From Desulfobacterales bacterium (GTDB lineage: Bacteria > Desulfobacterota > Desulfobacteria > Desulfobacterales > UBA2174): a DNA stretch of 64,000 nt. Positions within the stretch are counted from its first letter, which is position 1. Each line of letters begins with the position of its first letter. The stretch covers positions 81,816 through 145,815 of the forward strand of contig CAXXWC010000022.1 in the NCBI GenBank assembly GCA_963668645.2. Direction: 5' to 3'. The notes under the pieces are model-generated. The model did not search any database and was not told the DNA's origin. It worked only from the letters and a program-made list of their open reading frames with translations. The translations under genes and the position numbers were made by a program. Positions 38,184-49,084 of this stretch are shown here, piece by piece.

Positions 38184-39332
38184 CTATAGCGCCGTCCGGA
38201 TCACCCCGGCCAGAACCGCGTCATCGAGGGGCACCGGGTTGCCCTTCATCGAGCTGGCGCGCCGGGAAAAGGCCACCAGTTCGGGAATCATGGCCTCGGT
38301 CAGGCCCCAGGCGGCAAGGCCGGGGACCTTGAGCTCGGTAACGAGATTTTCGATCCATGCCGGACCGTTTTCGGCCGTGGTAGTCGGATCTCCAGTGAGG
38401 AGGCGAGCCACCTCTCTGTAGCGGGAAAGGGCCAGGTTGTCGCAGGACGCGGCGCGCAGGGCGCAGATGTTGGCCTTGCATACAGGCGCCAGCAATGCGG
38501 CGCAGATCGCACCGTGGGGGGCGTCGATCATCCCGCCCAGGGGGCCGGCGATCCCGTGCACCGCCCCGAGGCCGGCGTTGGCAAGCGCCAGGCCCCCGCA
38601 AAGGCTCGCCAGGGCCATGTCGGTGCGCGCTTCGCGGTCGGTCCCGTCGGCAAAGGCGCGGGGCAGTGCCCGGGCCGCCCGTGCGATCCCCTCGCGGCAG
38701 ACGGCGTCGGTGAGCGGATTGGCCCTTATCGAAACGAAGGCTTCCAGCACCTGGGTCAGGGCGTCCATGCCGGTGGCGGCCGTCACCGCCGGGGGCATGG
38801 AGACGGTCAGCTCGGGGTCGATCACCGCCAGGGCCGCCAACATGGCCGGGTGGCGCAGGCTGACCTTGACCCGCCGGGCTTCGGATTTGATCACGGCATT
38901 TTTCGTCACTTCACAGCCGGTTCCGGCTGTGGTGGGTACCGCGATCCAGGGCAGGGGCCGGTGCGCCAGCGCGCGGCCGAGGCCGATGACTTCCAGGTAG
39001 TCGATCACTTCGCCCGGATTGGCTGCCAGGGCCGCCACGGCCTTGGCCGTATCCAGCACACTGCCCCCGCCCAGGCCGACGATCAGGTCGGTTCCGGCTG
39101 CGGCGGCCACACCTTGTTCAACCGTTGTGACCGTCGGCTCGCCGTTGACGGCAAAACGCCGGCACTCCAGGCCGGCGGCAATCATCTCCGCGGCAAGGGC
39201 CGAAGCCGGGTTGGGGCGCCGCCCGGTGACGAGCAGCACGCGCCGGCCCATGGCAGCGGCGGCCGGCGCCACCCGGTCCCGCGCGCCCCAGCCGAAGACA
39301 ATGCGCCCGGCGCTGGCAAATTCGAAATTCAT
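38184..39332 (-). CDS. Iron-containing alcohol dehydrogenase
   Basis: GLGGGSVLDTAK, VPTTAGTG, GMDALTQ, GAVHG, APHG. Confidence 0.92.
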   Translation of the reverse strand: MNFEFASAGRIVFGWGARDRVAPAAAAMGRRVLLVTGRRPNPASALAAEMIAAGLECRRFAVNGEPTVTTVEQGVAAAAGTDLIVGLGGGSVLDTAKAVAALAANPGEVIDYLEVIGLGRALAHRPLPWIAVPTTAGTGCEVTKNAVIKSEARRVKVSLRHPAMLAALAVIDPELTVSMPPAVTAATGMDALTQVLEAFVSIRANPLTDAVCREGIARAARALPRAFADGTDREARTDMALASLCGGLALANAGLGAVHGIAGPLGGMIDAPHGAICAALLAPVCKANICALRAASCDNLALSRYREVARLLTGDPTTTAENGPAWIENLVTELKVPGLAAWGLTEAMIPELVAFSRRASSMKGNPVPLDDAVLAGVIRTAL

Positions 39333-39640
39333 TTGCAGGTTGTCCTTCAAAAGGGACGCACCATCCAGGAAAAGGTGATGGGGTATCACGACCGCCGTCG
39401 GCCCCCCGGCCGCCCCGCCACTCGGGCGTGCCAGCTCAGACCCGGGCGCGTAAGCCGCGACACTGGATTCAGTCATTGGACACAATACCGCAGTTTATCG
39501 CCGTTATCCAACTCCGTTGAAGAGTGGCTAAAGTGCCGGATTGCAGAGTCACCGGGAGCGCCGGCCCGGACACGGTTCGATTGACTTTGGCCGGCGCCTC
39601 GACTATGAATGGCCGAATTCACACAGAAAGGACCCACCCC

Positions 39641-40459
39641 ATGACCGATGAGCAGAACGGCCAAAAGGCCCATATTCCGCCGGTACGCCTCGGATACCAG
39701 AGCCGCTTTTCCTTTGCCTGCCATCCGGGGGTGAGTTGTTTTACAGAATGCTGCCGGGGCATCGGCATCGTGCTGACCCCCTACGACATCGTCCAGCTCA
39801 AGCACCGCCTGGAGCTTTCCAGCGAGGAGTTCCTGGCCATCTACACCGAACCGCAGATCATGGAAAAGACCGATCTGCCCGTGGTCACTCTCAAGCTTCT
39901 GGACGACGAGCGCCGCTCGTGCCCTTTTGTGCGCGACGACGGGTGCATCGTCTACGCCGACCGCCCCTCGGCCTGCCGCTACTATCCGCTGGGGATGGCA
40001 TCCCTGATGCACAAGGAAGGCGCCGACGACGAGGGGTTTTTCTTTTTCGTCCACGAGCCCCACTGCAAGGGGTTCGAGGAAGACCGGCAGTGGACTGTGG
40101 CCGAGTGGCGCCAGGACCAGGGAGTGGACGAGCGCGATGCGATCAACGCCGACTGGACCGATATCCTGGTTCACAAGCGCTCGTTTCCGCCGAGCATCAA
40201 GCTGACCGAAAAGAGCAAAGGACTCTTTTTCATGGTCTGCTACAACGTGGACGCCTTCCGGCGTTTTGTGTTTGAAAGCAGTTTCCTTGAACGCTACCAG
40301 GTGGACGGTGACACGGTGGCCCGGCTGCGCGAAGACGACGTGGCCCTGCTGCGTTTCGGCCTGCGCTGGCTCAAGGGGACGCTTTTCCAGGTGCCCGAAG
40401 AGGAAAAGATCGCCATAAAGGATGGGGCCGCGGCGCCCCATCGTCCTACCCAGGACTGA
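39641..40459 (+). CDS. YkgJ family cysteine-cluster protein
   Basis: CFTECC, CPFV..GCIVYADRPSACRYYP. Confidence 0.88.
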   Translation: MTDEQNGQKAHIPPVRLGYQSRFSFACHPGVSCFTECCRGIGIVLTPYDIVQLKHRLELSSEEFLAIYTEPQIMEKTDLPVVTLKLLDDERRSCPFVRDDGCIVYADRPSACRYYPLGMASLMHKEGADDEGFFFFVHEPHCKGFEEDRQWTVAEWRQDQGVDERDAINADWTDILVHKRSFPPSIKLTEKSKGLFFMVCYNVDAFRRFVFESSFLERYQVDGDTVARLREDDVALLRFGLRWLKGTLFQVPEEEKIAIKDGAAAPHRPTQD

Positions 40460-40502
40460 AAAAACCGGCCGCCGGGTATGATTACGGCGGCCGGTTTTTT
40501 TT
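40459..40502. terminator. Bidirectional intrinsic terminator
   Basis: AAAAAACCGGCCGCCG-loop-CGGCGGCCGGTTTTTTTT between convergent genes. Confidence 0.88.
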
Positions 40503-40522
40503 AAGCTTCGCGTTTCCGGGCG

Positions 40523-41557
40523 TTAATACCCTTCGTAGGCCAGCCCCTGCCAGCTGTTCGGATCGGCGAGACGGGCGGCGATATCCAGGTTGAAAAATTC
40601 GGCGACCGGCGCGAAAAGTTCAGGGTTTTGCGCCTGGACCTGGCGGGCGGCGGCCAGGACGGTCTCCAGCCCCTGGGCGGTCATGCGGCCCAGGGGACGG
40701 CGGCATCCGCCCGAGGGCATGCCGAGGATCGTCATCAGGGCCTTGAGCGCCAGGGGGTTGCGGGCCCGGCAGGTCACCGGCCCGAAGGGCGTCGTCTCGG
40801 TGGTCTTGACGGTGACCAGATCGAAGAGCGGGGTCAGGGCGTCGCGCAGGGCGGCGGCCCCGGTGCGGTCCCCGTCGTTCAAGCGCGAGACCATGTCGAT
40901 CACGGCCCGGGGGACCACGTTGGAGAGCACGCTGATCACGCCGGCCGCACCGATGGCCGCATCGGTCATCATCTCGAAGGTCATCCCGTCGTCGCCGGAC
41001 AGGATGGTGAAATCCGCGCCGCAGCATTCGCGGGTGCGCCGCATGTTGTCCAGGTTGCCCGTGGCCTCCTTGGCCGTGTTGACGTTGGGGTACTGGCGGC
41101 TGAGCAGGGCCAGGTCCTGGGGGAGCAGCTGGGCGCCGGTGCGGCCGGGGATGATGTAAGGCACCACCTCGATGTCGGGAAAGGCCTGGGCCACAGGCGC
41201 GACGTACTCGCGCCGGATTTCCAGTGAACTTGGCCCGTTGTAGTAAGGATCGACCAGCAGCACCGCGTCGACGCCGGCCGCTGCGGCATGCCGGGTCCCC
41301 TCCAGGGTTTCGGCGGTGTTGTTGCTGCCGGTGCCGGCGATGCACAGGCAGTGCCCCCGGCTCATGCCGGCCACCATTTCGATGACCCGATTGTGTTCCT
41401 CCCAGGTCAGGGTGGGGCTTTCTCCGGTGGTGCCCACCGCCAGGATCCCGGTGATGCCGTTTTCGATCTGAAAGCTGACCAGGCGCCGCAGCCCGGCATC
41501 ATCGACGGCCCCGCCGGCAAACGGTGTGATCAGCGCTGTATAGCAACCTTTTTGCAT
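40523..41557 (-). CDS. dapA: 4-hydroxy-tetrahydrodipicolinate synthase
   Basis: TALITPF, GTTGESPTL, PYYN, KEATGN, ILSGDD. Confidence 0.92.
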   Translation of the reverse strand: MQKGCYTALITPFAGGAVDDAGLRRLVSFQIENGITGILAVGTTGESPTLTWEEHNRVIEMVAGMSRGHCLCIAGTGSNNTAETLEGTRHAAAAGVDAVLLVDPYYNGPSSLEIRREYVAPVAQAFPDIEVVPYIIPGRTGAQLLPQDLALLSRQYPNVNTAKEATGNLDNMRRTRECCGADFTILSGDDGMTFEMMTDAAIGAAGVISVLSNVVPRAVIDMVSRLNDGDRTGAAALRDALTPLFDLVTVKTTETTPFGPVTCRARNPLALKALMTILGMPSGGCRRPLGRMTAQGLETVLAAARQVQAQNPELFAPVAEFFNLDIAARLADPNSWQGLAYEGY

Positions 41558-41867
41558 ACTTCCCCCTTCGTGTTCATCCGGATTGTCCGGTTTGATGTTG
41601 CAATATGTTGGAATCGTTCAAAACGTTTTCCTTTTGTATGGCACAAAACGATCGGCCGTCAACTGAAAATCCGGCGCGTTTCGGTTTTGGTTTGCCTGGA
41701 TACCTGCCAAAGGACGGGAACCCGTTAGCGGCCCGGGCCGGCTGCGGGTGGCCGGCCCGGGCTGCCGCGGTTAACCCTTGACAGCCGCCGCCGGCGATAC
41801 TATCTCGAAAAATTTCAGGTTGAAAAACGTCTGGAGACGACTTGAGGCAGCCAGCCAAAGGAGCCCT

Positions 41868-42527
41868 ATGAGCGACCAAAAGCCACGATTTCAAAATGTC
41901 CACGAACATATCGCCACCCTGCGCGCCGCCCTGGAAGCCAACCCGGACTGCGGCACGACCCATTACAACCTGGCCGTCGCACTCCTTGGGCTGAATCGAT
42001 TCGAACAGGCCGAGGGTGAACTTTACCGGGCCATCGAGTGCAGTCCGACCCTGGCCGAGGCCTACGCCCAGGTGGGCGGGCTGTGCCTGCGCCGGGGCGA
42101 CCTGGACGGCTGTCTGGACTGGAACCAGCGTGCCGTCAAGGCCCGGCCGGGCTTTTCCGAGGGGTACGGCAACATCGGATTTGTTCAGCTGCAGCGCGGC
42201 AACGTCGACGAGGCGATCAAGGCCCTTGAAAAGGCGACCCATTTCAATTTTCGTTTCATCCAGGCCTTTACAACCCTGGGCAATGCCTACCTGATGGCCG
42301 GAAGGGTCGAAGAAAGCATCGCGGTCAATCTGCGGGCTCTCGAACTGAAACCTGAATTCGCCGTGGCCCACAACAACCTGGCCATCGCCTACCTCGAGCA
42401 GGGCGATTTCACTCAGGCCGATCACCACATGCGGCTGGCCCTGAAGCACGGTTATGCCGTGGCCGAGCAGATCCAGCAGGATATCGCCGCCGGTCTGGAC
42501 CGTGATCCGGACCCCGCCTGTGGCTGA
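41868..42527 (+). CDS. Tetratricopeptide repeat protein
   Basis: Repeated HYNLAV / AHNNLA TPR units; AAGGAG RBS. Confidence 0.88.
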   Translation: MSDQKPRFQNVHEHIATLRAALEANPDCGTTHYNLAVALLGLNRFEQAEGELYRAIECSPTLAEAYAQVGGLCLRRGDLDGCLDWNQRAVKARPGFSEGYGNIGFVQLQRGNVDEAIKALEKATHFNFRFIQAFTTLGNAYLMAGRVEESIAVNLRALELKPEFAVAHNNLAIAYLEQGDFTQADHHMRLALKHGYAVAEQIQQDIAAGLDRDPDPACG

Positions 42528-43695
42528 CTCTGCACGCATCGCTTTTTTCCTCGCCGACCGGCAACACCCGGTCGGCCCCGCAAGTCCGATCTGGGACCGC
42601 ATTCTACCTTCGGCGCCGGATCCGGGTGGCGGCCCGGCTGCACCGCAAAACACCCTGACCTATGGGCAGTACTTCACGGCCGTGGCCGATTTTTTGCGCC
42701 ATCGCGAGTGGTTTCCGGTCCGCCTGGACCTGGGCGACGCCCCGCAGCAGGTTGAGATTTTTCTCGAAAAACACGGGGCCTTTTACCATCCGGCCAGAAT
42801 CGCGGTCGCCACCGGCTCCGGCCGTCGTGATCTGGCCGTCAATGTGGCCGTCTCGCCGGCCGGCAGGGCACTCTTGGCCGGGGAAGCAAGCCTGCTCGAT
42901 AGCCTTGAAAGGCGTTTCGGCGGCTGCCGGCTGCCGAAAGTCTTTCATTGCCGCACCGTCGTTTTGGATGGCGGGCGTTGCGTGCCGATGTTTCTGGCCG
43001 AATGGTTCACCGGATTTTTTGAATTTCATTTGACCGCCTGTCCGGACGCGAAGGGCCGGCCGGCGGTTTGGACCCCGTCGGGTCCCCGGCCCTTGGATGC
43101 CGGCCAGACCCGATCGCTTTACCGCGAGGCGGCCGGCTTGTTGACCGGCTACTACGATGTCTTGAGCACCGAGCAGATCCTCGACTGGCACCATGCCGCC
43201 GGCGATTTCATCGTACGGCCCCACGATGGCGGCGACATGGAGCTGCGCCTGATCACCGTGCGCCGCTACGGCCCCCTGATTGCCGGCGCCGAGCCGGAAT
43301 TTGACACGGTTCTCCTCGGTGCCGCGCTCTTTCTGGTCCACACCAGCCTGCGTATGCGGCTGGACCGCTGCGACGGGATCGGTGAGACGCTCCTGGCCGG
43401 TCCCGAAACCATCGCGCCGGTTGTAGAGGGATTTTTTGATGCGCTGGCGGGCAAGGTGCGCCGCGGCCAAATCCCGGATGAACTGGCTTCGGCCGTGGCG
43501 GTCTATTTGGGTGGTCTTACAGTCGAAGATCTGGCCCCCATGATCTCGGCCTGCATTCAAAAACGGCCGGCCGGCGACCCCGGGCGGATACTGATGGCCG
43601 CTGCCGCCGCCAGGCACGGGATTGAGCTGCAGCGGGTTCTGGAGGCGGGAGAACGGCACAGATCAACCACTACATTCAGCGGTAAAACTCTCTAG
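42520..43695 (+). CDS. Hypothetical protein upstream of dsrA
   Basis: Long ORF overlapping the TPR gene end; EKHGAFYHPA and WHHAAGDF blocks; function unknown. Confidence 0.7.
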   Translation: MADSARIAFFLADRQHPVGPASPIWDRILPSAPDPGGGPAAPQNTLTYGQYFTAVADFLRHREWFPVRLDLGDAPQQVEIFLEKHGAFYHPARIAVATGSGRRDLAVNVAVSPAGRALLAGEASLLDSLERRFGGCRLPKVFHCRTVVLDGGRCVPMFLAEWFTGFFEFHLTACPDAKGRPAVWTPSGPRPLDAGQTRSLYREAAGLLTGYYDVLSTEQILDWHHAAGDFIVRPHDGGDMELRLITVRRYGPLIAGAEPEFDTVLLGAALFLVHTSLRMRLDRCDGIGETLLAGPETIAPVVEGFFDALAGKVRRGQIPDELASAVAVYLGGLTVEDLAPMISACIQKRPAGDPGRILMAAAAARHGIELQRVLEAGERHRSTTTFSGKTL

Positions 43696-43773
43696 CCCCA
43701 CAAGATGAAGTGCGAAAATGCCGCGGACGGCCGCTGGATAGATGATGCCGCGGCGCCGATTCCTGCTTTTCTA

Positions 43774-43802
43774 TTGACATTATTGAACAATGATTCTATA
43801 TC
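43774..43802 (+). promoter_or_regulatory. Candidate sigma70 promoter for the dsr operon
   Basis: TTGACA-17 bp-TATATC about 180 bp upstream of dsrA. Confidence 0.5.
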
Positions 43803-43979
43803 CGTGCCTTGCATATCCACGATGCAACGCATCGCTACGCGATCGACATACAACAACTCGAATCCAATACCACAAGTGCAAAGAGAGGAGGTGACCGCGG
43901 GCCCCCGCCGGGCATTTTTCAGCGCAGTTTCCCATTTGGCCGGTAGCTTAATTGTTATTTACAGACATGGAGGTAAAAG

Positions 43980-45296
43980 ATGGCAAAGCATGCAACCCCC
44001 CTGCTGGACCAGCTGGAAAGCGGACCGTGGCCGAGCTTCGTGTCCGACTTGAAAGAGCAGGCCGAGAAGCGGGCGAAGAACGCCGAGAACATTGAGTTCC
44101 AGATTCCGACCGATGTCGTCGAGGACCTTCTCGGCGTGCTCGAACTGTCTTACAAGCACGGCCGCACCCACTGGAAGCACGGCGGGATCGTCGGCGTCTT
44201 CGGTTATGGCGGCGGCGTCATCGGCCGCTACTGCGACCAGCCGCAAGAGTTTCCGGGCGTGGCTCACTTCCACACCATGCGAGTCTCCCAGCCAGGCGGC
44301 AAGTTTTACACCAGCAAATATCTGCGCGAGATTTGCGACCTGTGGGATATGCGCGGTTCAGGCATCACCAACATGCACGGCTCCACCGGTGACATCATCT
44401 TTTTGGGCACCACCACGCCGCAGTTGGAAGAAGTCTTTTTTGAGCTGACCCACAACCTGAATCAGGACCTGGGCGGCTCGGGCTCCAACCTGCGCACCCC
44501 TTCGGATTGCATCGGCGAAGCCCGTTGTGAGTATGCCTGCTACGACACCCAGGCGCTGTGCTTCGATCTGACCAACGAGTACCAGGATGAGCTGCACCGG
44601 CCGGCCTTCCCGTACAAGTTCAAGTTCAAGTTCGACGGTTGCCCGAACTGCTGCGTGGCCTCCATCGCCCGTTCAGACCTGTCTTTTATCGGCACCTGGC
44701 GCGACAACATCCGCATCGACCAGGAAGCGGTCCAGGCCTATATCGGCGGCGAGATCCCGCCCAACGGCGGCGCCCATGCCGACCGTGACTGGGGCAAGTT
44801 TGACATCCAGGCCGAGGTAATCGGCCGCTGCCCGACCGGGTGCATGTGGATGGAAGACGGCCAGCTGAAGATCGACGACCGTGAATGCACTCGCTGCATG
44901 CACTGCATCAACGTCATGCCGCGCGCGCTGCGCATCGGTAACGACCGGGGGTGCTCGATTTTTGCCGGCGCCAAGGCTCCGATTCTCGACGGCGCCCAGA
45001 TGGGCTCGTTGGTTGTGCCTTTCATCAAGGTCGAGGAACCGTATACCGAGATCAAGGAAACCGTGATCGAACCCATCTGGGATTGGTGGATGGAAGAAGG
45101 CAAGAACCGCGAGCGTCTCGGTGAGTTGATGAAACGCCAGGGCTTCCAGAAGCTCCTCGAGGTGATGGACATGAAGCCGATGCCGCAGCATGTTCAGGAA
45201 CCCCGCAGCAACCCGTACATCTTCTGGAAGGAAGATGAGGTTCCCGGCGGCTGGGAGCGTGACATCAACGAGTTCCGCAAGTACCATCAGAGATAA
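43980..45296 (+). CDS. dsrA: Dissimilatory sulfite reductase alpha subunit
   Basis: TPLLDQLESGPWPSFV, THWKHGGIVGVFGYGGGVIGRY, FPYKFKFKFDGCPNCC. Confidence 0.99.
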   Translation: MAKHATPLLDQLESGPWPSFVSDLKEQAEKRAKNAENIEFQIPTDVVEDLLGVLELSYKHGRTHWKHGGIVGVFGYGGGVIGRYCDQPQEFPGVAHFHTMRVSQPGGKFYTSKYLREICDLWDMRGSGITNMHGSTGDIIFLGTTTPQLEEVFFELTHNLNQDLGGSGSNLRTPSDCIGEARCEYACYDTQALCFDLTNEYQDELHRPAFPYKFKFKFDGCPNCCVASIARSDLSFIGTWRDNIRIDQEAVQAYIGGEIPPNGGAHADRDWGKFDIQAEVIGRCPTGCMWMEDGQLKIDDRECTRCMHCINVMPRALRIGNDRGCSIFAGAKAPILDGAQMGSLVVPFIKVEEPYTEIKETVIEPIWDWWMEEGKNRERLGELMKRQGFQKLLEVMDMKPMPQHVQEPRSNPYIFWKEDEVPGGWERDINEFRKYHQR

Positions 45297-45311
45297 GAGG
45301 AGGTGGACGCC

Positions 45312-46466
45312 ATGGCATTTGTTTCTTCCGGATACGATCCTTCAAAGCCGATGCAAAACCGGATCACGGACATCGGTCCGCGTAAATACGACGAATTTTA
45401 TCCGCCGGTCATCGCCAAGAACAAGGGTAAGTGGCTGTATCACGAAATCTTGGAGCCCGGTGTGCTGGTCCATGTGGCCGAGTCCGGCGACGAGATCTAC
45501 ACGGTGCGCGTGGGCGGGGCCCGCCTGATGTCCACCGGTCTGATCCGCGAGATTTGCGAGATTGCCGACAAGCACTGCGACGGTTACGTACGCTGGACGA
45601 CGCGCAACAACGTCGAATTCATGTGCGACGACAAGGCCAAACTCCAGCCTCTGATCGACGACTTGGCCAGCCGTAAATTCGTCGGCGGCAGCTTCAAGTT
45701 CCCAAAGGGCGGCACCGGCGCAGGCGTGACCAACATCGTCCACACCCAGGGCTGGATCCACTGCCATACCCCGGCCACCGATGCTTCCGGTCCGGTCAAG
45801 GCCACCATGGACGTGCTCTTCGAGGACTTCCAGAAGATGCGTCTGCCGGCCCAGGTGCGCGTATCGTTGGCCTGCTGCCTCAACATGTGCGGCGCTGTGC
45901 ACTGCTCGGACATCGCTATCCTCGGCTACCATCGCAAGCCGCCGATGCTCGACCATGAGTATCTGGACAAGATGTGCGAAATCCCCCTGGCCATCGCAGC
46001 CTGCCCCACCGCGGCCATCAAGCCGTCCAAGGTCAAGCTCGCCGATGACAAAGAGGTCAAGTCTGTGGCGGTGAACAACGACCGCTGCATGTTCTGCGGC
46101 AACTGCTACACCATGTGCCCCTCCATGCCGCTTGCAGACACCGAGGGCGACGGCATCGTGCTCATGGTGGGCGGCAAGGTCTCCAACCGCATCAGTGCGC
46201 CCAAGTTCTCCAAGGTCGTGGTGGCCTTTCTGCCCAACGAGGCGCCGCGCTGGCCGTCGACCACGGACGCTATCAAGAAGATCATCGAAGCCTACTCGGC
46301 CGACGCCAAAAAATACGAGCGCGTGGGCGAATGGGCCGAGCGGATCGGCTGGGAACGCTTCTTCGAAAAATGCGAACTGGAGTTCACCCACCACCTGATC
46401 GACGATTTCCGCGATCCGGCATACTACACCTGGCGCCAGACCTCGCAGTTCAAGTTTACCGAATAA
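45312..46466 (+). CDS. dsrB: Dissimilatory sulfite reductase beta subunit
   Basis: [34 protein letters not shown]. Confidence 0.99.
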   Translation: MAFVSSGYDPSKPMQNRITDIGPRKYDEFYPPVIAKNKGKWLYHEILEPGVLVHVAESGDEIYTVRVGGARLMSTGLIREICEIADKHCDGYVRWTTRNNVEFMCDDKAKLQPLIDDLASRKFVGGSFKFPKGGTGAGVTNIVHTQGWIHCHTPATDASGPVKATMDVLFEDFQKMRLPAQVRVSLACCLNMCGAVHCSDIAILGYHRKPPMLDHEYLDKMCEIPLAIAACPTAAIKPSKVKLADDKEVKSVAVNNDRCMFCGNCYTMCPSMPLADTEGDGIVLMVGGKVSNRISAPKFSKVVVAFLPNEAPRWPSTTDAIKKIIEAYSADAKKYERVGEWAERIGWERFFEKCELEFTHHLIDDFRDPAYYTWRQTSQFKFTE

Positions 46467-46535
46467 TCGGTGCCTGCTCGTGGGCGGCCAGCCAACCGGC
46501 GGCCGCCCGCTCTCAGACCCAGAAAGAAGGGCACA

Positions 46536-46778
46536 ATGGAATACGAAGAGGCAAAACAGAAGATCGTCGAAGAGCTGACCAAGAAACTCAAGAGCAAGAG
46601 CAAGTTTTATTTTAATGACTTGGCCAATATTATCGGCGAAAAACCGCGTGATGCAAAGAAGTTGATCAATCGGATGGTCACCGACGGCGTCTTGGAATAC
46701 TGGTCATCCGGCAGCACTTCGATGTACGGAATGCCGGGGACCGGCAAACAGGCTGGCGCTGAGCACGAGGAAAAGTAG
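46536..46778 (+). CDS. dsrD: Dissimilatory sulfite reductase protein D
   Basis: KSKFYFND, LEYWSSGSTSMYG; follows dsrB. Confidence 0.96.
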   Translation: MEYEEAKQKIVEELTKKLKSKSKFYFNDLANIIGEKPRDAKKLINRMVTDGVLEYWSSGSTSMYGMPGTGKQAGAEHEEK

Positions 46779-46824
46779 CGCACCTGCCCCACGGGATGAA
46801 TCGAACGCCGTGTCAGCAGACCCC

Positions 46825-48246
46825 ATGAAGTACCCGGGAATCGTCATATCAGCTCTGCGCGGCGGGTCGGGCAAGACCATCCTGGCCATCGGAATTGCGG
46901 CGGCGCTGCGGCAGCGCGGTCTGACCGTGGCGCCGTTCAAAAAGGGCCCCGACTACATCGATGCGGGCTGGCTGGCCTTGGCCGCCGGGCACACCTGTTA
47001 CAACCTCGATTCGTTCATCATCGCTCAGGAGCCTCTTCTGTGCTCCTTTCACCGCCATGCCAGCGGCCGCGATCTGGCCGTGGTCGAAGGCAACCGCGGC
47101 CTCTACGACTGCATCAACACCGAAGGCAAGACATCCACCGCCGAATTGGCCAAGCTCCTCGGCCTGCCGGTGCTGCTGTGCATCGATGCCACCAAGACCA
47201 CCCGCACCATGGCGGCCGTGGTCGCGGGCTGTTGCCATTTCGATCCTGATCTGGCCCTGGCCGGGGTGATTCTCAACCGGGTTGCCGGCAGCCGCCACGA
47301 GGCTATTCTGCGCCAAAGCATCGAGCAGCACTGCGGCATTCCGGTGGTCGGAGCCGTACCCAAGCTCAAAAAGCAGGCCTTTCCCGAACGCCATATGGGG
47401 TTGGTGCCCACCGCCGAGCACGGCTGGGCTGGAGATTCGGTGGCTGTGGCCGCCGGGATGGCTGAAGGGTACCTCGATCTGGACCGTATTCTGGCCATGG
47501 CCCGCGATGCCCGGGGATTGAACACCACCCTGCCGCCGACCCGGATCTGCGAGCCGCCTGCGGCGCTGGGCGATCCGCCCCTAGTGGGGGTGATCCGCGA
47601 CAGCGCCTTCCAGTTTTACTACCCGGAGAATCTGGAAGCGCTGGTCCAGGCCGGGGCGCGACTGGTCTTCACCAGCCCTTTGAACGCCGCGCGTCCACCC
47701 CGGATGAACGCTTTGTACATCGGCGGTGGATTTCCCGAGACCCACGCCGAGGCCCTGAGCCGCAACGAGACTTACCGTTCGGCCCTGCGCGCAATGGCCG
47801 AGGACGGCATGCCGATTTACGCCGAATGCGGCGGTCTGATGTTTCTCGGCGAGCGGCTGGTCCTGGAGGATCACACCTATGCCATGAGCGGGATCCTGCC
47901 CATCAGCTTCGGTTTTTCGCGCCGGCCCCAGGGCCATGGATACACCGTGGTCAAGGTTACGGGCAACAATCCATACTTCCCTGCCGGCAGTGAATTGCGC
48001 GGCCATGAGTTCCACTACTCCAAAGCCATCGACTGGCATGGGAATCCCGGGGACCTGGTCTTTGGCATGCAGCGCGGCAGCGGCATCCTCGACGGGCGCG
48101 ACGGATTATGCCGCGGACGGGTTTTGGCGACCTATACCCACATTCACGCCCTGGGCGCCCCGGGCTGGGCGCCTGCCCTGGTGGCTGCGGCGCGCAGTTT
48201 CGCCTTGGAGCAGGTTCTTGACAAATCCGAACATCCACCGGCTTGA
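46825..48246 (+). CDS. dsrN: Cobyrinate a,c-diamide synthase homologue (siroheme amidase)
   Basis: GGSGKT, FKKGPDYID, AECGGLM, GHEFHYS; in the dsrABD operon. Confidence 0.9.
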   Translation: MKYPGIVISALRGGSGKTILAIGIAAALRQRGLTVAPFKKGPDYIDAGWLALAAGHTCYNLDSFIIAQEPLLCSFHRHASGRDLAVVEGNRGLYDCINTEGKTSTAELAKLLGLPVLLCIDATKTTRTMAAVVAGCCHFDPDLALAGVILNRVAGSRHEAILRQSIEQHCGIPVVGAVPKLKKQAFPERHMGLVPTAEHGWAGDSVAVAAGMAEGYLDLDRILAMARDARGLNTTLPPTRICEPPAALGDPPLVGVIRDSAFQFYYPENLEALVQAGARLVFTSPLNAARPPRMNALYIGGGFPETHAEALSRNETYRSALRAMAEDGMPIYAECGGLMFLGERLVLEDHTYAMSGILPISFGFSRRPQGHGYTVVKVTGNNPYFPAGSELRGHEFHYSKAIDWHGNPGDLVFGMQRGSGILDGRDGLCRGRVLATYTHIHALGAPGWAPALVAAARSFALEQVLDKSEHPPA

Positions 48247-48313
48247 AATGACCGATCTGGATGGATCCGGCCCCTTGCCGGCCTCCTTGAGACCCGTTTC
48301 CCGATTATTCTGT

Positions 48314-49084
48314 ATGGAACCCATTGTATTGCCCATCAGCGATGTCCTGGATCTGCACACCTTTCAACCCAGGGAAGTGCCGGAACTGATCGACGACTAT
48401 TTGACCGCCTGTGCCGCCGAGGGGATTCTGGAGGTGCGGATCGTTCATGGCAAGGGTACCGGCGTTCTGCGCGAACGGGTGCATCATATCCTGCGCCGCC
48501 ATCGACTGGTGGCGCGATTCGAAGCCGCCCCGGCTGGGGCCGGCGGGTGGGGCGCGACCCTGGTGCGCCTCAAAGTGGATACAATTCCAGCAGGCGGACC
48601 GGTGACGGCCGCCAACCATGAAGACCGTATTACTGCGGGATCGACACAGAAAGAGGCAGAAGGGTCGATTCCGTCAGCCGAAGGGAGTCGCCCAATGGCC
48701 GAAAGGCAAGAATCAACCCATAGCGAGACAGAATGGGAAAACCGGCGTCTGTGCCGGGATGAAAACTGCATCGGAATCATCGGCCCGGACGGGCGCTGCA
48801 AAGAATGCGGTCTACCGGCAGGCGACGCGGATCCAGAGGACCTCGGTGCGCAGCCTGAGGTGGATGAGGGTTCAGATCCGGTGGCCGCACCGGCCGTAGA
48901 CAGGACGGAAGCCGAGGCCGCATCATGCCGGGCGGCGGGTGGCGCGGATCAATACTGGCAGGAGCGGCAGCTTTGTCCGGATGGTAACTGTATCGGCGTC
49001 ATCGGTCCGGACGGACGCTGCAAGGAGTGCGGCCGCCGGGCGGACGGCGCAGCTTTAGCCGATGTCTCCACCTCCGGCGGTTGA
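48314..49084 (+). CDS. Smr domain protein in frame with a duplicated Cys-motif domain
   Basis: LDLHTF, VRIVHGKGTGVLR, GGWGATLV; then two LCxDxNCIGxIGPDGRCKECG repeats; second RBS and ATG at 48695. Confidence 0.75.
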   Translation: MEPIVLPISDVLDLHTFQPREVPELIDDYLTACAAEGILEVRIVHGKGTGVLRERVHHILRRHRLVARFEAAPAGAGGWGATLVRLKVDTIPAGGPVTAANHEDRITAGSTQKEAEGSIPSAEGSRPMAERQESTHSETEWENRRLCRDENCIGIIGPDGRCKECGLPAGDADPEDLGAQPEVDEGSDPVAAPAVDRTEAEAASCRAAGGADQYWQERQLCPDGNCIGVIGPDGRCKECGRRADGAALADVSTSGG

